The notes: generated by a model from the letters alone, not told the origin. A stretch of DNA of 64,000 bases from an uncultured Verrucomicrobiae bacterium (GCA_963788655.1 CAWBHS010000072.1:384001-448000), one strand, 5' to 3'; shown: positions 11,211-22,400, numbered from the stretch's first letter. Made by a program: numbers and translations.

Positions 11211-11341
11211 ACCCCAGCCCTCCCGCAAACCTTCCACATGCTACGCCGACTTCCGCCGCGTCACCCTTTTTACCCCTTCAACCCTTCAGCCCTTCAACCA
11301 TTGCTCCCGCCTTTACTTTTCGCGGTCTGCCAACCCGAATT

Positions 11342-12709
11342 TCACAGCGTCCACCCTTGGCGATACGGGTAGTGTAGCAGCGCGTTGGCCTCTGGTTCGT
11401 TGGTGATCTTTAAACGCTTGCTGTCCCAATCCAGTCGGTCACCACCGTAATGAACGCATACGCTGCCCAGCAATACCGCCTCCGTAAGCGGACCGGCGAA
11501 GTCGAAGTTCGAGCGGGTCGGGGACCCGGTCTTGCACGCCCGCACCCATTCGGCGTGATGGCCAATCGACCGCGGCAGGGTTTTGGGAGGCCGTTGATAT
11601 TCTTTATTGCGGCGCTCCGGAATCAGGCGGGGGTGCTCGCCGCCCCAGCCTTCCACCAGCATCTTGCCTTTATCGCCGACGAACAGGATGCCATCCTCGC
11701 GTTTGAGCGGGCGATCTGGTTCCAATTCATCTGGGCGGGACGGCAACAATCCGCCGTCATACCAGTGCAGCATGACCGAAGGCTGGTTGCCACGCGCGGG
11801 AAATTGGTAGTGAACGGTGCAAGCCAGTGGCACGCTCTCGGGATAGACCGGAGTGGAACTGGCGTGGACGCTGGTGGGAGCGGTGAGTTGCAATGCGGAG
11901 AACACGGGCGCGAGGTTGTGAATGCCCATGTCGCCGATCCCCCCGCTGCCAAAGTCCCACCAACCGCGCCATTTGAACGGTACGTATGCCGGGTGATAGG
12001 GCCGCCACGGGGCCGGACCGAGCCAGAGATCCCAATCCAGCGTGGATGGTACCGGTGGGTTGTCGGTAGGCCGTTCGACCCCTTGCGCCCACCAAAGCGG
12101 CAGCTTGCCGCGGTGAGTGGGGCGATCCGACCACACGTGGACTTCGCGCACGGTGCCGATCGCGCCGTCCGCAATCCACTCATTGATCAGGCGATTCCCC
12201 TCGAAGGCCATGCCCTGGTTGCCCATTTGCGTGGTGACTTTTGCGTGGCGAGCGGCTTGGGCCAGCGTGCGGGCTTCAAAGACCGTGCGGGTCAGCGGTT
12301 TCTCGCAATACACATGTTTGGCATGCTTGATGGCGGCCATGGCGGCCACCGCGTGAATGTGATCCGGCGTGGCCACCACCACGGCGTCGATGCCCTTCTC
12401 TTTGTCCAGCATCACCCGGAAATCGCGGTGCCGCGCGGCGTTCGGGAACCGTTTGAACGTCTCCGCTGCCCGCTCCCAATCGACATCACACAGCGCGGCA
12501 ATATTCTCGCCGGTAAGCTCTTTGAGATCCTCGGCGGCGCGCCCACCCGCGCCGATAAAGGCCAGATTGAGCTTTTCGCTGGGCGGTTTGTGTCCGGCGC
12601 CGCCGAGCACGTGGCGGGGAACAATGAAGAATGCTGCTGCCCCAACGGCCGAAGTGCTGAGGAAGGAGCGGCGGGTGACGTTCGGAGTAACCACGGGAAT
12701 CGATTTCAT
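11342..12709 (-). CDS. Tat-exported Gfo/Idh/MocA family oxidoreductase
   Basis: TRRSFL Tat motif; IGAGGRA; VATPDHIH; YCEKPL; LDWDLWLGPAP; WRGWWDFGSGGIGDMGIH. Confidence 0.92.
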   Translation of the reverse strand: MKSIPVVTPNVTRRSFLSTSAVGAAAFFIVPRHVLGGAGHKPPSEKLNLAFIGAGGRAAEDLKELTGENIAALCDVDWERAAETFKRFPNAARHRDFRVMLDKEKGIDAVVVATPDHIHAVAAMAAIKHAKHVYCEKPLTRTVFEARTLAQAARHAKVTTQMGNQGMAFEGNRLINEWIADGAIGTVREVHVWSDRPTHRGKLPLWWAQGVERPTDNPPVPSTLDWDLWLGPAPWRPYHPAYVPFKWRGWWDFGSGGIGDMGIHNLAPVFSALQLTAPTSVHASSTPVYPESVPLACTVHYQFPARGNQPSVMLHWYDGGLLPSRPDELEPDRPLKREDGILFVGDKGKMLVEGWGGEHPRLIPERRNKEYQRPPKTLPRSIGHHAEWVRACKTGSPTRSNFDFAGPLTEAVLLGSVCVHYGGDRLDWDSKRLKITNEPEANALLHYPYRQGWTL

Positions 12710-12803
12710 GACGGGCAGTTTGACAAAAAGAAGAACCAAACACGAAGCGATTTGTTGAATGAAACGCTACCGAACGACCGATGAAAAAGCATTCACAGTT
12801 TTT

Positions 12804-12936
12804 GAGTTGGGCAGGTCACAGTACAGCGGCTGGCGTTACCGCCCCGAGTTCAAGTAAGGTCGGTGAGTGGAAGCCAGCCGGTCAGGTTACCCGCTGCACG
12901 GTGGCTGCCGCTGTGGTAAGGTTTCTGCCCGAATTC
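12804..12936 (+). ncRNA. Candidate structured RNA (three-way junction), family not recognised
   Basis: Nested complementary segments: GAGTTGGGCAG/CTGCCCGAATTC, ACAGCGGC/GCCGCTGT, TTACCG/CGGTGA, AGCCA-CCG/CGG-TGGCT. Strand inferred from G-U pairs. Confidence 0.35.
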
Positions 12937-13082
12937 CGCCCCAGTTGGTATTTTGCAAACCATGATTTTTCCATTTATGGCACGGAAGGGAGGAGGCAGT
13001 ATTCCGCCGATGCACGGCGTACGTCAGCAAGTTTCCGGGAACCCAGCGGGGGGCACGTTCCTCTTACCTTGGGAAAGGCTGC

Positions 13083-13610
13083 ATGACGGGTGAACTGGAC
13101 TTTACCGCCCTGGTGGACCTGTATTATGGGCCGATGTACCGTTTTGCTTTGAGCTTGACGCACACCGAGAGCGACGCGTGCGATCTGGTGCAGGAGACCT
13201 TTCGAGTTTGGGCGACCAAAGGCCACCAACTGCAGGATCGCACGAAAGCCAAAGCGTGGTTGTTTACCACGCTGCATCGGCTGTTTCTGAATTCCCACCG
13301 CCGGAACGTGCGCTTTCCGCACGTGGATTTGGCGCAAGCGGCAGAGGAGTTGCCTTCGGTGGCTCCGGCATCGCTGTCCGACTTGAATGGGCGGGACGTA
13401 CTCACCTTGCTCGCGCAGGTGGACTCCCAATTCCAGGCGCCGGTGTCCTTGTTTTATCTGGAAGACCTTTCTTATCAGCAGATCGCTGAAATTCTGGGTG
13501 TGCCTCTGGGTACGGTGAAATCACGGATTGCGCGGGGGCTGGCGCAATTGAAACATCTTGCAGGGGCATTGCCAACCAAGCCCGTAACCTCGGAATCGCC
13601 ACTACGGTGA
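13083..13610 (+). CDS. ECF (sigma-70 family) RNA polymerase sigma factor
   Basis: DACDLVQETF...KAWLFTTLHRLFL (region 2); LFYLEDLSYQQIAEILGVPLGTVKSRIARG (region 4). Confidence 0.93.
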   Translation: MTGELDFTALVDLYYGPMYRFALSLTHTESDACDLVQETFRVWATKGHQLQDRTKAKAWLFTTLHRLFLNSHRRNVRFPHVDLAQAAEELPSVAPASLSDLNGRDVLTLLAQVDSQFQAPVSLFYLEDLSYQQIAEILGVPLGTVKSRIARGLAQLKHLAGALPTKPVTSESPLR

Positions 13611-14341
13611 ACGCGCGCGAAGCCAAAGAAATCTTGCTGCTCTATCGCCGGGAAACGGAAGACGTAGCCGATTCGCGTCTGGAAGAGGCGTTGGCCCTGG
13701 TGCGTCAGGATTCCGAATTGGGACGGTGGTTTGAGGAGCATTTGGCTTTTCAACAAACCGTACGCGAGAAACTGCGGGCAATTCCAGCCCCGGCGGAGTT
13801 GCGGGAACGGCTGCTGGCCGAACGGAAGGTCGTGCGACCGCCGGCGTGGTGGCAACGCGCTCCGGTTTGGGCGGCCGCGGCTGCGGTTGCCTTGTTGATC
13901 GGCTTGACGATTTGGTGGAGCCAACCTCGCGTCCCGGACCAGTTCGCCGACTTCCGCTCGCGCATGGTGCGGTCGGCGGTGCGGGAATACCAACGGATGG
14001 ACATTGTCACGAACAACATGGCGCCAGTGCGCCGCTACATGGCGCAACGCGGCGCGCCCGCGGATTACGTGGTGCCACCTGGTTTGGACCGACTTCAATT
14101 GACCGGAGCCAAACTGGTGCGCTGGCGTAACCATCCGGTTTCCATGGTATGTTTCGACCGCGGCGACAAAGAAATGCTATTTCTCTTCGTGCTGGAACGC
14201 GACACCGTTGCAGATGCCCCCAACCTCAAGCCCATTATGGACAAGGTGAAGAAATACATGACCGCCAGTTGGAGTGAAGGGGACAATACATACCTTTTGG
14301 CCGGTCCCGATGAGCCGGGTTTTGTCCACAAATACTTGTGA
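13607..14341 (+). CDS. Putative transmembrane anti-sigma factor
   Basis: GTGA overlap with the sigma gene. Cytoplasmic N-terminal helical domain, single TM (WAAAAAVALLIGLTIWW), periplasmic C-domain with VSMVCF. Confidence 0.75.
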   Translation: MNAREAKEILLLYRRETEDVADSRLEEALALVRQDSELGRWFEEHLAFQQTVREKLRAIPAPAELRERLLAERKVVRPPAWWQRAPVWAAAAAVALLIGLTIWWSQPRVPDQFADFRSRMVRSAVREYQRMDIVTNNMAPVRRYMAQRGAPADYVVPPGLDRLQLTGAKLVRWRNHPVSMVCFDRGDKEMLFLFVLERDTVADAPNLKPIMDKVKKYMTASWSEGDNTYLLAGPDEPGFVHKYL

Positions 14342-14356
14342 GCTGGGCAAGGGTCG

Positions 14357-15235
14357 TCAGTAGGTGTGTTTCACGCTCGTGTGGTCCAGCAACCAATAGA
14401 AGTCGGCCTCCGCGTCTTCCTCCACCGCAAAGGGAAGGTTTGCGCCGTCCGGACGGGCGGGACGTTGCGTAGCCGCGTTGAGCCAGGGATGGCTTGCGGC
14501 ATGGCCATCGGCATACGCCAGATTGGCGCCGCCCCGGTGATAGGACGCCGGCAGGTCGTTCCATTCGTGCGAATAGAACCGGTTGACGAAATACCCATCG
14601 TTGATGCTGTCCGGATGTTCTTCAATGAAGACAAAGATCCGTGCCGGTTCCGGTACCTGCGAGACGCTAAAGAACTGCGTGTAGTGCGGATTGTTAACGT
14701 TGGCACCGTTGGTGGCGAACTCACCCGCATTGCCAATCATCGCATTCATGGACACGCTGCGCACCCGCTGGCGCCATCCCTCCGTTCGTTGAATGTCGCT
14801 CAGTGCCGTGTCTTGTGGACAACGGTAAAGCTCGGTACCGCTGCTTACATAGGGCCCGATCCCGCCGGTAAGCAGTAACGTCCGATTGGTGTTTTCGGGC
14901 TCCAATTCCCAGGTCATCACGTTGTTCACCCAGTTCCTATAGCGCCGTTGCTCGACCGTAAGCCGAGTTTCATCGGCACCGAAGTTATTGGGAAATCGGT
15001 CGTCGAAATCGCCGGCATACATGAGTGTCGCGAGCATTAATTGACGCTGATTGCTCAAACAGACCAGCTTTTCTCCCTGGGCTTTGGCGTTCACCAACGC
15101 GGGCAACAAGATGGCGGTTAAGATCCCGATGATCCCAATGACCACCAGCAATTCGATCAACGTAAATGCGGCCGGTTTTCCTAACCGGCCGGTCGCGTCA
15201 CCAAGTTCCTTTGGGATTGGGGGCCAGACACTCAT
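14357..15235 (-). CDS. Prepilin-type N-terminal cleavage/methylation domain protein with H-X9-DG motif (PVC-type DUF1559-like)
   Basis: AFTLIELLVVIGIIGILTAILLPAL...CLSNQRQL; EEHPDSINDGYF; YHRGGANLAYADGHA. Confidence 0.9.
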   Translation of the reverse strand: MSVWPPIPKELGDATGRLGKPAAFTLIELLVVIGIIGILTAILLPALVNAKAQGEKLVCLSNQRQLMLATLMYAGDFDDRFPNNFGADETRLTVEQRRYRNWVNNVMTWELEPENTNRTLLLTGGIGPYVSSGTELYRCPQDTALSDIQRTEGWRQRVRSVSMNAMIGNAGEFATNGANVNNPHYTQFFSVSQVPEPARIFVFIEEHPDSINDGYFVNRFYSHEWNDLPASYHRGGANLAYADGHAASHPWLNAATQRPARPDGANLPFAVEEDAEADFYWLLDHTSVKHTY

Positions 15236-15566
15236 CGGTTACCGCATATTCATTGCTGTCGAATCGATTGGTGAACCATAGTGCATTTTGACGGCCTGTC
15301 AAAGTGACAGTTATGCCCACGATCATCATAACGAATATACCGATCCCTCACGGAGGAGCGCAGTCTCAACCGGTTCGCTTGGCCTGGTCACTTTCGCCGA
15401 TGGTCGGTCGGTTTCGTCGGATATTGGTGGGCGTCCGGGAAATTCAAGCCCGGCGGGACGCTGGTCCTGCGTGTGCCGCAGTGAGCGGCGCGGTGGGCGG
15501 GTTATACGGGCAATTCAAATGCAGGCTTGAGCCCGACGCGCGACATGGCATGTTGGGGGCGCCAAC

Positions 15567-15650
15567 GCGCGCGTGGCGGAATGGCAGACGCGCCAGACTT
15601 AGGATCTGGTCTCGGAAGAGGTGGAGGTTCAAGTCCTCTCGCGCGCACCA
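15567..15650 (+). tRNA. tRNA-Leu (anticodon TAG)
   Basis: Acceptor GCGCGCG/CGCGCGC-A-CCA; D-loop TGGCAGA; anticodon arm CCAGA-CTTAGGA-TCTGG; long variable arm; GGTTCAAGTCC T-arm; encoded CCA. Confidence 0.97.
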
Positions 15651-15683
15651 AATCTTAGCAACGGTTCGGCGGACGGCGGGCAG

Positions 15684-16124
15684 TCAGCCGCCGGTTTTGC
15701 GTTGTTCCACCCAAACCTTGCCCAGATCCTGCAGGGTTTGTTTCTTCATGACTTTTTCGGCCAAAGAAAAAACGATGCGCTCCTCGTGATCGAAATGCTT
15801 GCGTGAAGCGAGTACGGCCTGGTGCAACAATTTGCGGGCCTGGGGCGCACGGGAGGCTTTCAAGGCCTCGGCCAGGCTGTGATCGATCTCCCGATGCTCG
15901 CGCTCGAAGGTGTCGTGTTGGCCCATTTGTTCGAGGCAATGTTCCAGGGGCGCAAAAATCCATTCCTCTTCCACCCCGCCGTGTTTCCGCAGTAATCCTT
16001 CCAAGAGCCCAGCGAACGCCTGCACTTCAGCCAGGGTTTTCAATTTGGGCAACGCCCGTTCGATATGATCAAAGATGTTGTGAAACACCACGTGTTCAGC
16101 CAGCAAAGCTTCGGTAATTTTCAT
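15684..16124 (-). CDS. Hemerythrin (HHE) domain protein
   Basis: LLAEH...KHGGVEEEWIF...EREHREI...KHFDHEERIVF; start taken at MKITEAL. Confidence 0.85.
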   Translation of the reverse strand: MKITEALLAEHVVFHNIFDHIERALPKLKTLAEVQAFAGLLEGLLRKHGGVEEEWIFAPLEHCLEQMGQHDTFEREHREIDHSLAEALKASRAPQARKLLHQAVLASRKHFDHEERIVFSLAEKVMKKQTLQDLGKVWVEQRKTGG

Positions 16125-16439
16125 GCGCAGCCACATGTTTAGCAAAACCACGGCCAAGATCAACAGCGGTTCACCCGGCGAGCGGCTGGCCTCTTGCCGG
16201 CAGGGCGCACGAGGGAAGGCCAATTGAACGGGGCCGATCGATTCGTGGGCGCTTGTGACATTCGATTCTGCCGGCGAGACGCCGACAGCACGCTTAATCA
16301 CCCCGCCTGGATCTTGACATTCCGCCGGTATTTATGGTATGCCATCAGCCGTGAAGCCCCGAAGGAACAACAACTCATTTCGTTTAGACTCGTGTTGGGT
16401 CTATCAGCCAAAGCCATCCCCACAATATTGAGAATCCCT

Positions 16440-19184
16440 ATGTCGATGACGCTTTTTCCTGCCAACCTACGGACTTGCCGTAGTCGATTGCTCCGCAAGC
16501 TGCTGATTGGCCTTTGTCTGACTGCTAGCGCACTCCAAAATCCATGGTCAACTGCTGCTGCCGTTCCACCATCGCGATACGCTGAAGGCGAGTTGCTGGT
16601 CAAATTCAAAGGCGGAGCGCGCAGCGCCGCCGCCGAGGACGCCCGACGGGTGATGCATCATGTGGTCAAGCGGCGCTTCGACCGGATCGGCTGGCAGCAC
16701 ATCCAATTGCCGCCGGGGCGGACGGTGGCTGAGGCACTCGAACCGTATCGCCGGCGCGCCGATGTGCTGGCGGTGGAACCGAATTACTTGCTCGAAGTGG
16801 TGCCCTGGTGTGCTGCCCCGCAAGTCGTCCCGAACGATCCTCAATTTGTCAATCAGTGGGGCTTGCTCAAAATCGGCGCGACCAATGCCTGGGCGGTGAC
16901 TGCCGGCAGCCACGACGTGGTTGTGGCCGTCATCGACAGCGGAGTGGACTACCGTCATGAAGACTTGGCGGCGAACATCTGGAACAATCCAGGCGAAACC
17001 GGGCTCGACAGCAAGGGTGGCGACAAGGCAACCAATGGCGTCGATGACGATGAGAACGGCTACGTGGACGACGTTCACGGGATCGACGTGGTCAGCCACG
17101 ACGGCGATCCGGCGGACGGGTATTGGAGTCTGTGGTCCCACGGCACCGCGTGTGCCGGCGTCATCGGCGCGGTGGGCAACAACGGACGCGGCCTCGCGGG
17201 TGTAAACTGGGCGGTCCAAGTGCTGGCCATTCGTTTCCTGGCCAACTCGTCCAGCAATTACGTCTATTCCGTAGGATTTGTAGAAGCTTGCTGTTATTTG
17301 TTGGACCTGCAATCGCGGGGAGTAAACATTCGCGTGACCAGCAACAGTTACGGCTTCACCAGCCCGCCCCCCGAGGTCGTGCGGACCGCCATCGAGTCGC
17401 TGGGTCAGGCGGGCATCCTGAATGTGTTTGCGGCCGGCGAAAAATTTGGCGGTGGCGGCACGGATTTGGATACCAACCAGATTGTCTTCCCGCAGTGCTA
17501 CCATTCGCCGGGCATGATCAACGTGGCTGCTTCGGACAAGAACGATAATTTTTACACCAACCACTCCAACTGGGGGGCTGCCACGGTGGACCTGGCGGCG
17601 CCAGGCGTGGAAATTGTCACGACCCAGGGCGGCTCGCCGCACACTCTTTACTACAAAGATTCAGGCGGCATTCAAGGCACCTCCCTGGCTTGTCCATACG
17701 TAGCCGGGGCGGCGGCATTACTGGCGGCGGCCTATCCCTATGCCACGGCGGACCAGATTAAGACCGCTCTATTGGAATCCGTGGATATCGTGCCCGGCCT
17801 GACCGGTTGGGTGGCGTCCAACGGGCGGCTCAATGTCGGACGGGCCGTGCAGCACCCGATTCTGTCGAGCAATGCCCCGCCGTTCATTACCATCGCACCG
17901 CGATCGCAGACCAAGGGCGTGGGCGACTGCGCCATGTTTTGCGTTACCGTCACCGGTACCAACCTGGATTACCGATGGCAGTTTAACGGGATGACGTTGA
18001 CCAATAGCGACCGGATCAGCGGCGCCACCACCGCAAGCCTATCCCTCTGCCACCTGGAGACCACCGACACCGGCGATTACACGGTTGTCGTTAGCAACGA
18101 CTGGGGAATGGTCACCGGCACCGTGGCGACGCTCACCGTGACAACTTGTCCGGTGATTCTGGTCCAACCGCAAAGTCAGCAGGTGTTGGATGGGACGAAC
18201 GTTTCGCTCACCGTCGAGGCGGTCGGCATGCCACCTTTGGCTTACCAATGGCAACGCAACAACCTGGAAATTGACGGGGCCACCAACGCCTTGCTCTCAT
18301 TACTAGGGGTGGTTCCGGCGGATTCGGGGGAATACCAAGTGGTCGTCAGCAACGCCTGCGAAATGGTGACCAGCGATGCGGCGACGGTTACGGTATTGGG
18401 TCGGCCTTGGATGGTTGCTCCTCCACGGAGTCAGACGGTCGCATCGGGCAGCGATGTTGATTTGAGTCTGACCGTCACGAATACCGCCAGTTTGCCCATC
18501 GCGTTTGTTTGGCTGAAGACTAATGCGCCGATCAAGTACACTTCGATGGTATTGACCGACGTTACCAGCACCATTCATCTCACCAACGTCCAGTGCGACG
18601 TAGCTGGCACCTGGCGCGTGGTCGTCACTAACGAGGCGGGCACGCTTGGGTGGCAATCGATTCTTAGTGATCCCGCCTACCTGACCGTCGTAGAACCGCC
18701 CGCCAGCCAGTCCGTCCCGCCGGGAAGCGACGTGACGTTTACTGGCTCTGCGTGCGGCTCGGCGCCGATCAGTTACCAGTGGCAGTTCAATGGGCTGAAC
18801 CTGATGGATGGGGGCCGGTTCAACGGCGCAAGGACTGCGGCGTTGGCCATTTCAGGGGTCGAATTGCCGGATACCGGCAGTTACACATTGGTGGTAACGA
18901 ATGCCGCCGGTGAACCAACGAGTTTTACGGCTTACCTAAATGTGCTCGTGGCCTGCGAACAGCCGACGGTTCGATTGGTCCCCTGCGGAGATTCGTCCTT
19001 GGGATGGTGCGCGGAGATTTGCTGGCCTGAACGTTTTGATTGTGTTCCCCAATCGAGCGACAGCCCGGATGGCAACTGGCAGCCCTGGACCGGGCCCATT
19101 CAGGCGGTGCCGGGTGGCAATTATCTGCGCCTTCCGGTCAATCAGGGCGCGATGCGATTTATTCGATTGGAGTGTGGTGAATAA
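16440..19184 (+). CDS. Secreted subtilisin-like (S8) serine peptidase with propeptide, four Ig-like domains and a C-terminal RFIR domain
   Basis: Catalytic motifs VAVIDSG, HGTACAG and GTSLACP; NGVDDDENGYVDDVHG insert; Ig repeats P.SQ.V...YQWQFNG...D.G.Y.VVVSN. Confidence 0.9.
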   Translation: MSMTLFPANLRTCRSRLLRKLLIGLCLTASALQNPWSTAAAVPPSRYAEGELLVKFKGGARSAAAEDARRVMHHVVKRRFDRIGWQHIQLPPGRTVAEALEPYRRRADVLAVEPNYLLEVVPWCAAPQVVPNDPQFVNQWGLLKIGATNAWAVTAGSHDVVVAVIDSGVDYRHEDLAANIWNNPGETGLDSKGGDKATNGVDDDENGYVDDVHGIDVVSHDGDPADGYWSLWSHGTACAGVIGAVGNNGRGLAGVNWAVQVLAIRFLANSSSNYVYSVGFVEACCYLLDLQSRGVNIRVTSNSYGFTSPPPEVVRTAIESLGQAGILNVFAAGEKFGGGGTDLDTNQIVFPQCYHSPGMINVAASDKNDNFYTNHSNWGAATVDLAAPGVEIVTTQGGSPHTLYYKDSGGIQGTSLACPYVAGAAALLAAAYPYATADQIKTALLESVDIVPGLTGWVASNGRLNVGRAVQHPILSSNAPPFITIAPRSQTKGVGDCAMFCVTVTGTNLDYRWQFNGMTLTNSDRISGATTASLSLCHLETTDTGDYTVVVSNDWGMVTGTVATLTVTTCPVILVQPQSQQVLDGTNVSLTVEAVGMPPLAYQWQRNNLEIDGATNALLSLLGVVPADSGEYQVVVSNACEMVTSDAATVTVLGRPWMVAPPRSQTVASGSDVDLSLTVTNTASLPIAFVWLKTNAPIKYTSMVLTDVTSTIHLTNVQCDVAGTWRVVVTNEAGTLGWQSILSDPAYLTVVEPPASQSVPPGSDVTFTGSACGSAPISYQWQFNGLNLMDGGRFNGARTAALAISGVELPDTGSYTLVVTNAAGEPTSFTAYLNVLVACEQPTVRLVPCGDSSLGWCAEICWPERFDCVPQSSDSPDGNWQPWTGPIQAVPGGNYLRLPVNQGAMRFIRLECGE

Positions 19185-19474
19185 CTCAAGCCGGCTCCTA
19201 CTGAAGTGGCGTAACTCAATTATCAACTTGGATCAAAAGGGCAGGTGAATGGAGGCAAGGGCATGCAGTCCTTTGGTTCCTTTGCCTACGTTCCCTTGCC
19301 TGTTTACCCGCGGAACTCACTCGATTGTGCCAAACTCCGTCGCGCCATGAATACCCTCGTCACTTCCTAAAACCAATCGCCGGAACCGCGACCAACCTGA
19401 AGGGCGTTGGACATTCGGAAAAGATTCTGTTGCTGCTGCTCCGCGATTATGTTACGAACACGTTACGAAGCCAC

Positions 19475-22400
19475 ATGAAACCGTTGCCTGTTTTATTATC
19501 TTTGGGATCGGTCGCTGTGCTCCTTGGCGCTCTCTCCAGCCCCGGCCAAGTGGTTCTCTCCGAATTCATGGCCATCAATGGCAGTTCTCTCGCGGATGAG
19601 GATGGCGAGCATTCCGACTGGATCGAAATTCACAATTACACCGCCCACGCCGTCAATTTGCTTAATTGGTCATTGACGGACAATCCGGGCAATCCCGCCA
19701 AATGGAGATTCCCGGCCACCAACCTCAATGCCGGTGATTTCCTGATCGTGTTTGCCTCGGAGAAGGACCGGCGGACGCCAGGTGCGCCGTTGCACACCAA
19801 CTTCAAACTTTCCGGTAACGGTGAGTATTTGGCGTTGCTCTCGCCGGAGCGGGTCGTCGTTACGGAATTTGCCCCGGAATACCCGCCGCAATTCGCTGAG
19901 GTGGCTTATGGATTCACCATTCCGGTGACCAATTTCACGTTGGTCGCCACGGACGCACCCGTCCAGGTGATGGTGCCAGCGGACGATGGTTTTGGCAGTG
20001 CCTGGACGCTGCCCGGATTCGATGATAGCGCGTGGATCGCCGGCACGAACGGCGTGGGCTTTGACACCGGCGAAGCCGATCCGGAAGGCGGCAGCGTGTC
20101 GTTTACCAACGCAATTCACACGGATTTGAGCGACGTGATGCCGGGGCAGAACAGTTCCGCCTATCTGCGTTATGCGTTCAACCTGGATGATCCGTCGCAA
20201 GTGAATCGCCTGGTGCTGCACGTTAAATATGACGACGGTTTTGTGGCGTATCTCAATGGCAACAGGGTGGCTTGGCGTCAGGCCCCTGACGAATCGGCTT
20301 ATGATTCCGCCGCTACGGCACCGCATCCAGATGACGCGGCACTGCAATTTGAAGAGGTAAGCCTCACCGATTCTGCCGGCGCGCTCTTGGTCGGCCCGAA
20401 TGTGCTGGCGATACAAGGATTGAATGTCAGTGCGACGAATGTGGACTTCCTGATCGTCGCGGAATTATCCGCTGACACGCTGGGCGACTATAGCCCCGAA
20501 CCACGGTACTTCACGCATGCAACTCCCGGTGCCCCCAATGGTCTGGGTACCACCGACCTGGGGCCAATCATCAGCCGCCTGGATGCCATCCCCGCGCCAC
20601 CTTATCAGCCAACGGACGCGGACGACCTCACCGTAGTGGCCCAAGTCACGCCGTCCTTTTCCCCAGTGACGAACGTGGTCCTGAACTGGCGGGTAATGTT
20701 CGGACCAACCAATACCACGCCCATGCGGGACGACGGTTTGCACGGTGACGGCCTAACGGGCGACCGGATTTACGGCGCCATCATTCCGGCGGGCGCGGCG
20801 ACCAACGGCCAGATGGTGCGCTGGTATGTCACGGCGCACGATGCCCAAGGCCGCCAGTCGCGCTGGCCGCTGTTTGAAGATCCGAACAACTCGGCGGAAT
20901 ACTTGGGCACCGTTATCGTCGATCCGAACGTCGTTACCAAGCTGCCGCTCTTCCAAGTTTTTATCTCCTCCGAGAACGTAGCCGGCATCGACCTCGAAAG
21001 TGGGGCGCGCGTGTCGTTTTTCTACGACGGCGAGTTCTACGATAACATTTACATGGAACGGCGTGGTAACACGACGGCAGCCTACCCCAAGAAGTCGCAC
21101 CGCTTGGAGTTTAATTCCGAGCATCCGCTGCGACATCCCGGCCCCGGCGGACGCATTCTGAAAACTTCGTTGCTGGCCGAACACGCGGACCCGTCCTATC
21201 TGCGGCAGCACCTGTCGTTTTGGATGATGGATTTGATGGGCGTTCCGACACCGTTCGATTATCCCGTGCGCGTCCAGACCAATGGTGTCTTTTACCAGCT
21301 TGCGTTTCACAATGATGTGCTGGGCAAGGACCAGGCGGAGCGCTTGGGGTATCCGCCGAATGGCGCCCTCTACAAAGCGGCCGGCACCATTCAGACCAAT
21401 TATTACAGCACCGGTGGTTTCGAGAAGAAAACCCGACAGTGGGAAGGCCGGGAGGATTACGATGCGTTGGTGTTGGGCATCATTGAAACGAACAGTCTCG
21501 CGGAACGTCGCGCCTATGTTTTTGATCACTTGAACGTGCCGGAGATCATCAACTATTTAAGCGTGGCGCGGTTCACTGAGGAAGGCGACGACGTCTGGGC
21601 CAACATGTCGTTGTATCGCAACACGGACGGGAACGGCGAATGGAGCATTATTCCGTTCGATTTGAACGTCTCCTGGGGCCAACTCTATTGCGGCGATGCG
21701 CCGACGTTGTTCAACACGATCGTGGCCACCAACGACGCCCAGAAAAGCCATCCGCTGTACGGCGGCTCGCAAGTGAAGGTCGGCTATCGTCCCGACGTGT
21801 GGAACCGCATCTACGATGTGATCATCGCCGTGCCGGAAACGCGGCAAATGTTGTTGCGTCGCATTCGCACGCTCATGGACAAGTTTGTGCAGCCGCCCGG
21901 CACGCCGTTCGAACAGTCTATCATCGAACAGCACATTGTCAGCGTTACCAATCTGATCTGGCGCGAGGCGTTTCTCGATCGGGAGAAATGGGGTTGGCCC
22001 TGTTCCGGCACGTGCGGCATGTACTGTTGGGGGACCGATTTGTGGCTGACCAACGGGGTGGACGGTTTGATCAGCGAGTTTAACGAACCGCGACGGGAAC
22101 ATTTCTTTTTCACCCATTGCGTGGTGAACACGAACGTGCCGGTCAGCTTGGGCAACAGTTACAATGCCGGCATTCCCCTCGAACAACCCAACGATACGTG
22201 GCTTTGGGTCAGCGAACTGGACTACAATCCTGCCTCGGGTAACCAAGCTGAAGAATACTTATGCCTGACCAATCCCAATCCGTACGCGGTGGACTTGTCC
22301 GGTTGGAAACTGGACGGCGCCGTGCGGTTCGCATTCCAGTCGGGAACGGTGATTCCTTCCAATAGCGTGCTCTACGTATCGCCCGACGTGGTGGCGTTCC

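Noticed and set aside
12870..12906. SRP (4.5S) RNA, suggested by CCGGTCAGG
   Set aside because: It lacks the GNRA loop and downstream AGCAG of SRP domain IV on this strand. Kept only as an unidentified structure.
12781..13086. 101-aa ORF overlapping the sigma start
   Set aside because: No recognisable features, and it spans a divergent promoter region and the structured element. Not supportable as a gene.
15567..16300. tRNA-Leu as an integration site of a genomic island
   Set aside because: No integrase, no duplicated tRNA 3' end noticed in the window, and no compositional break.
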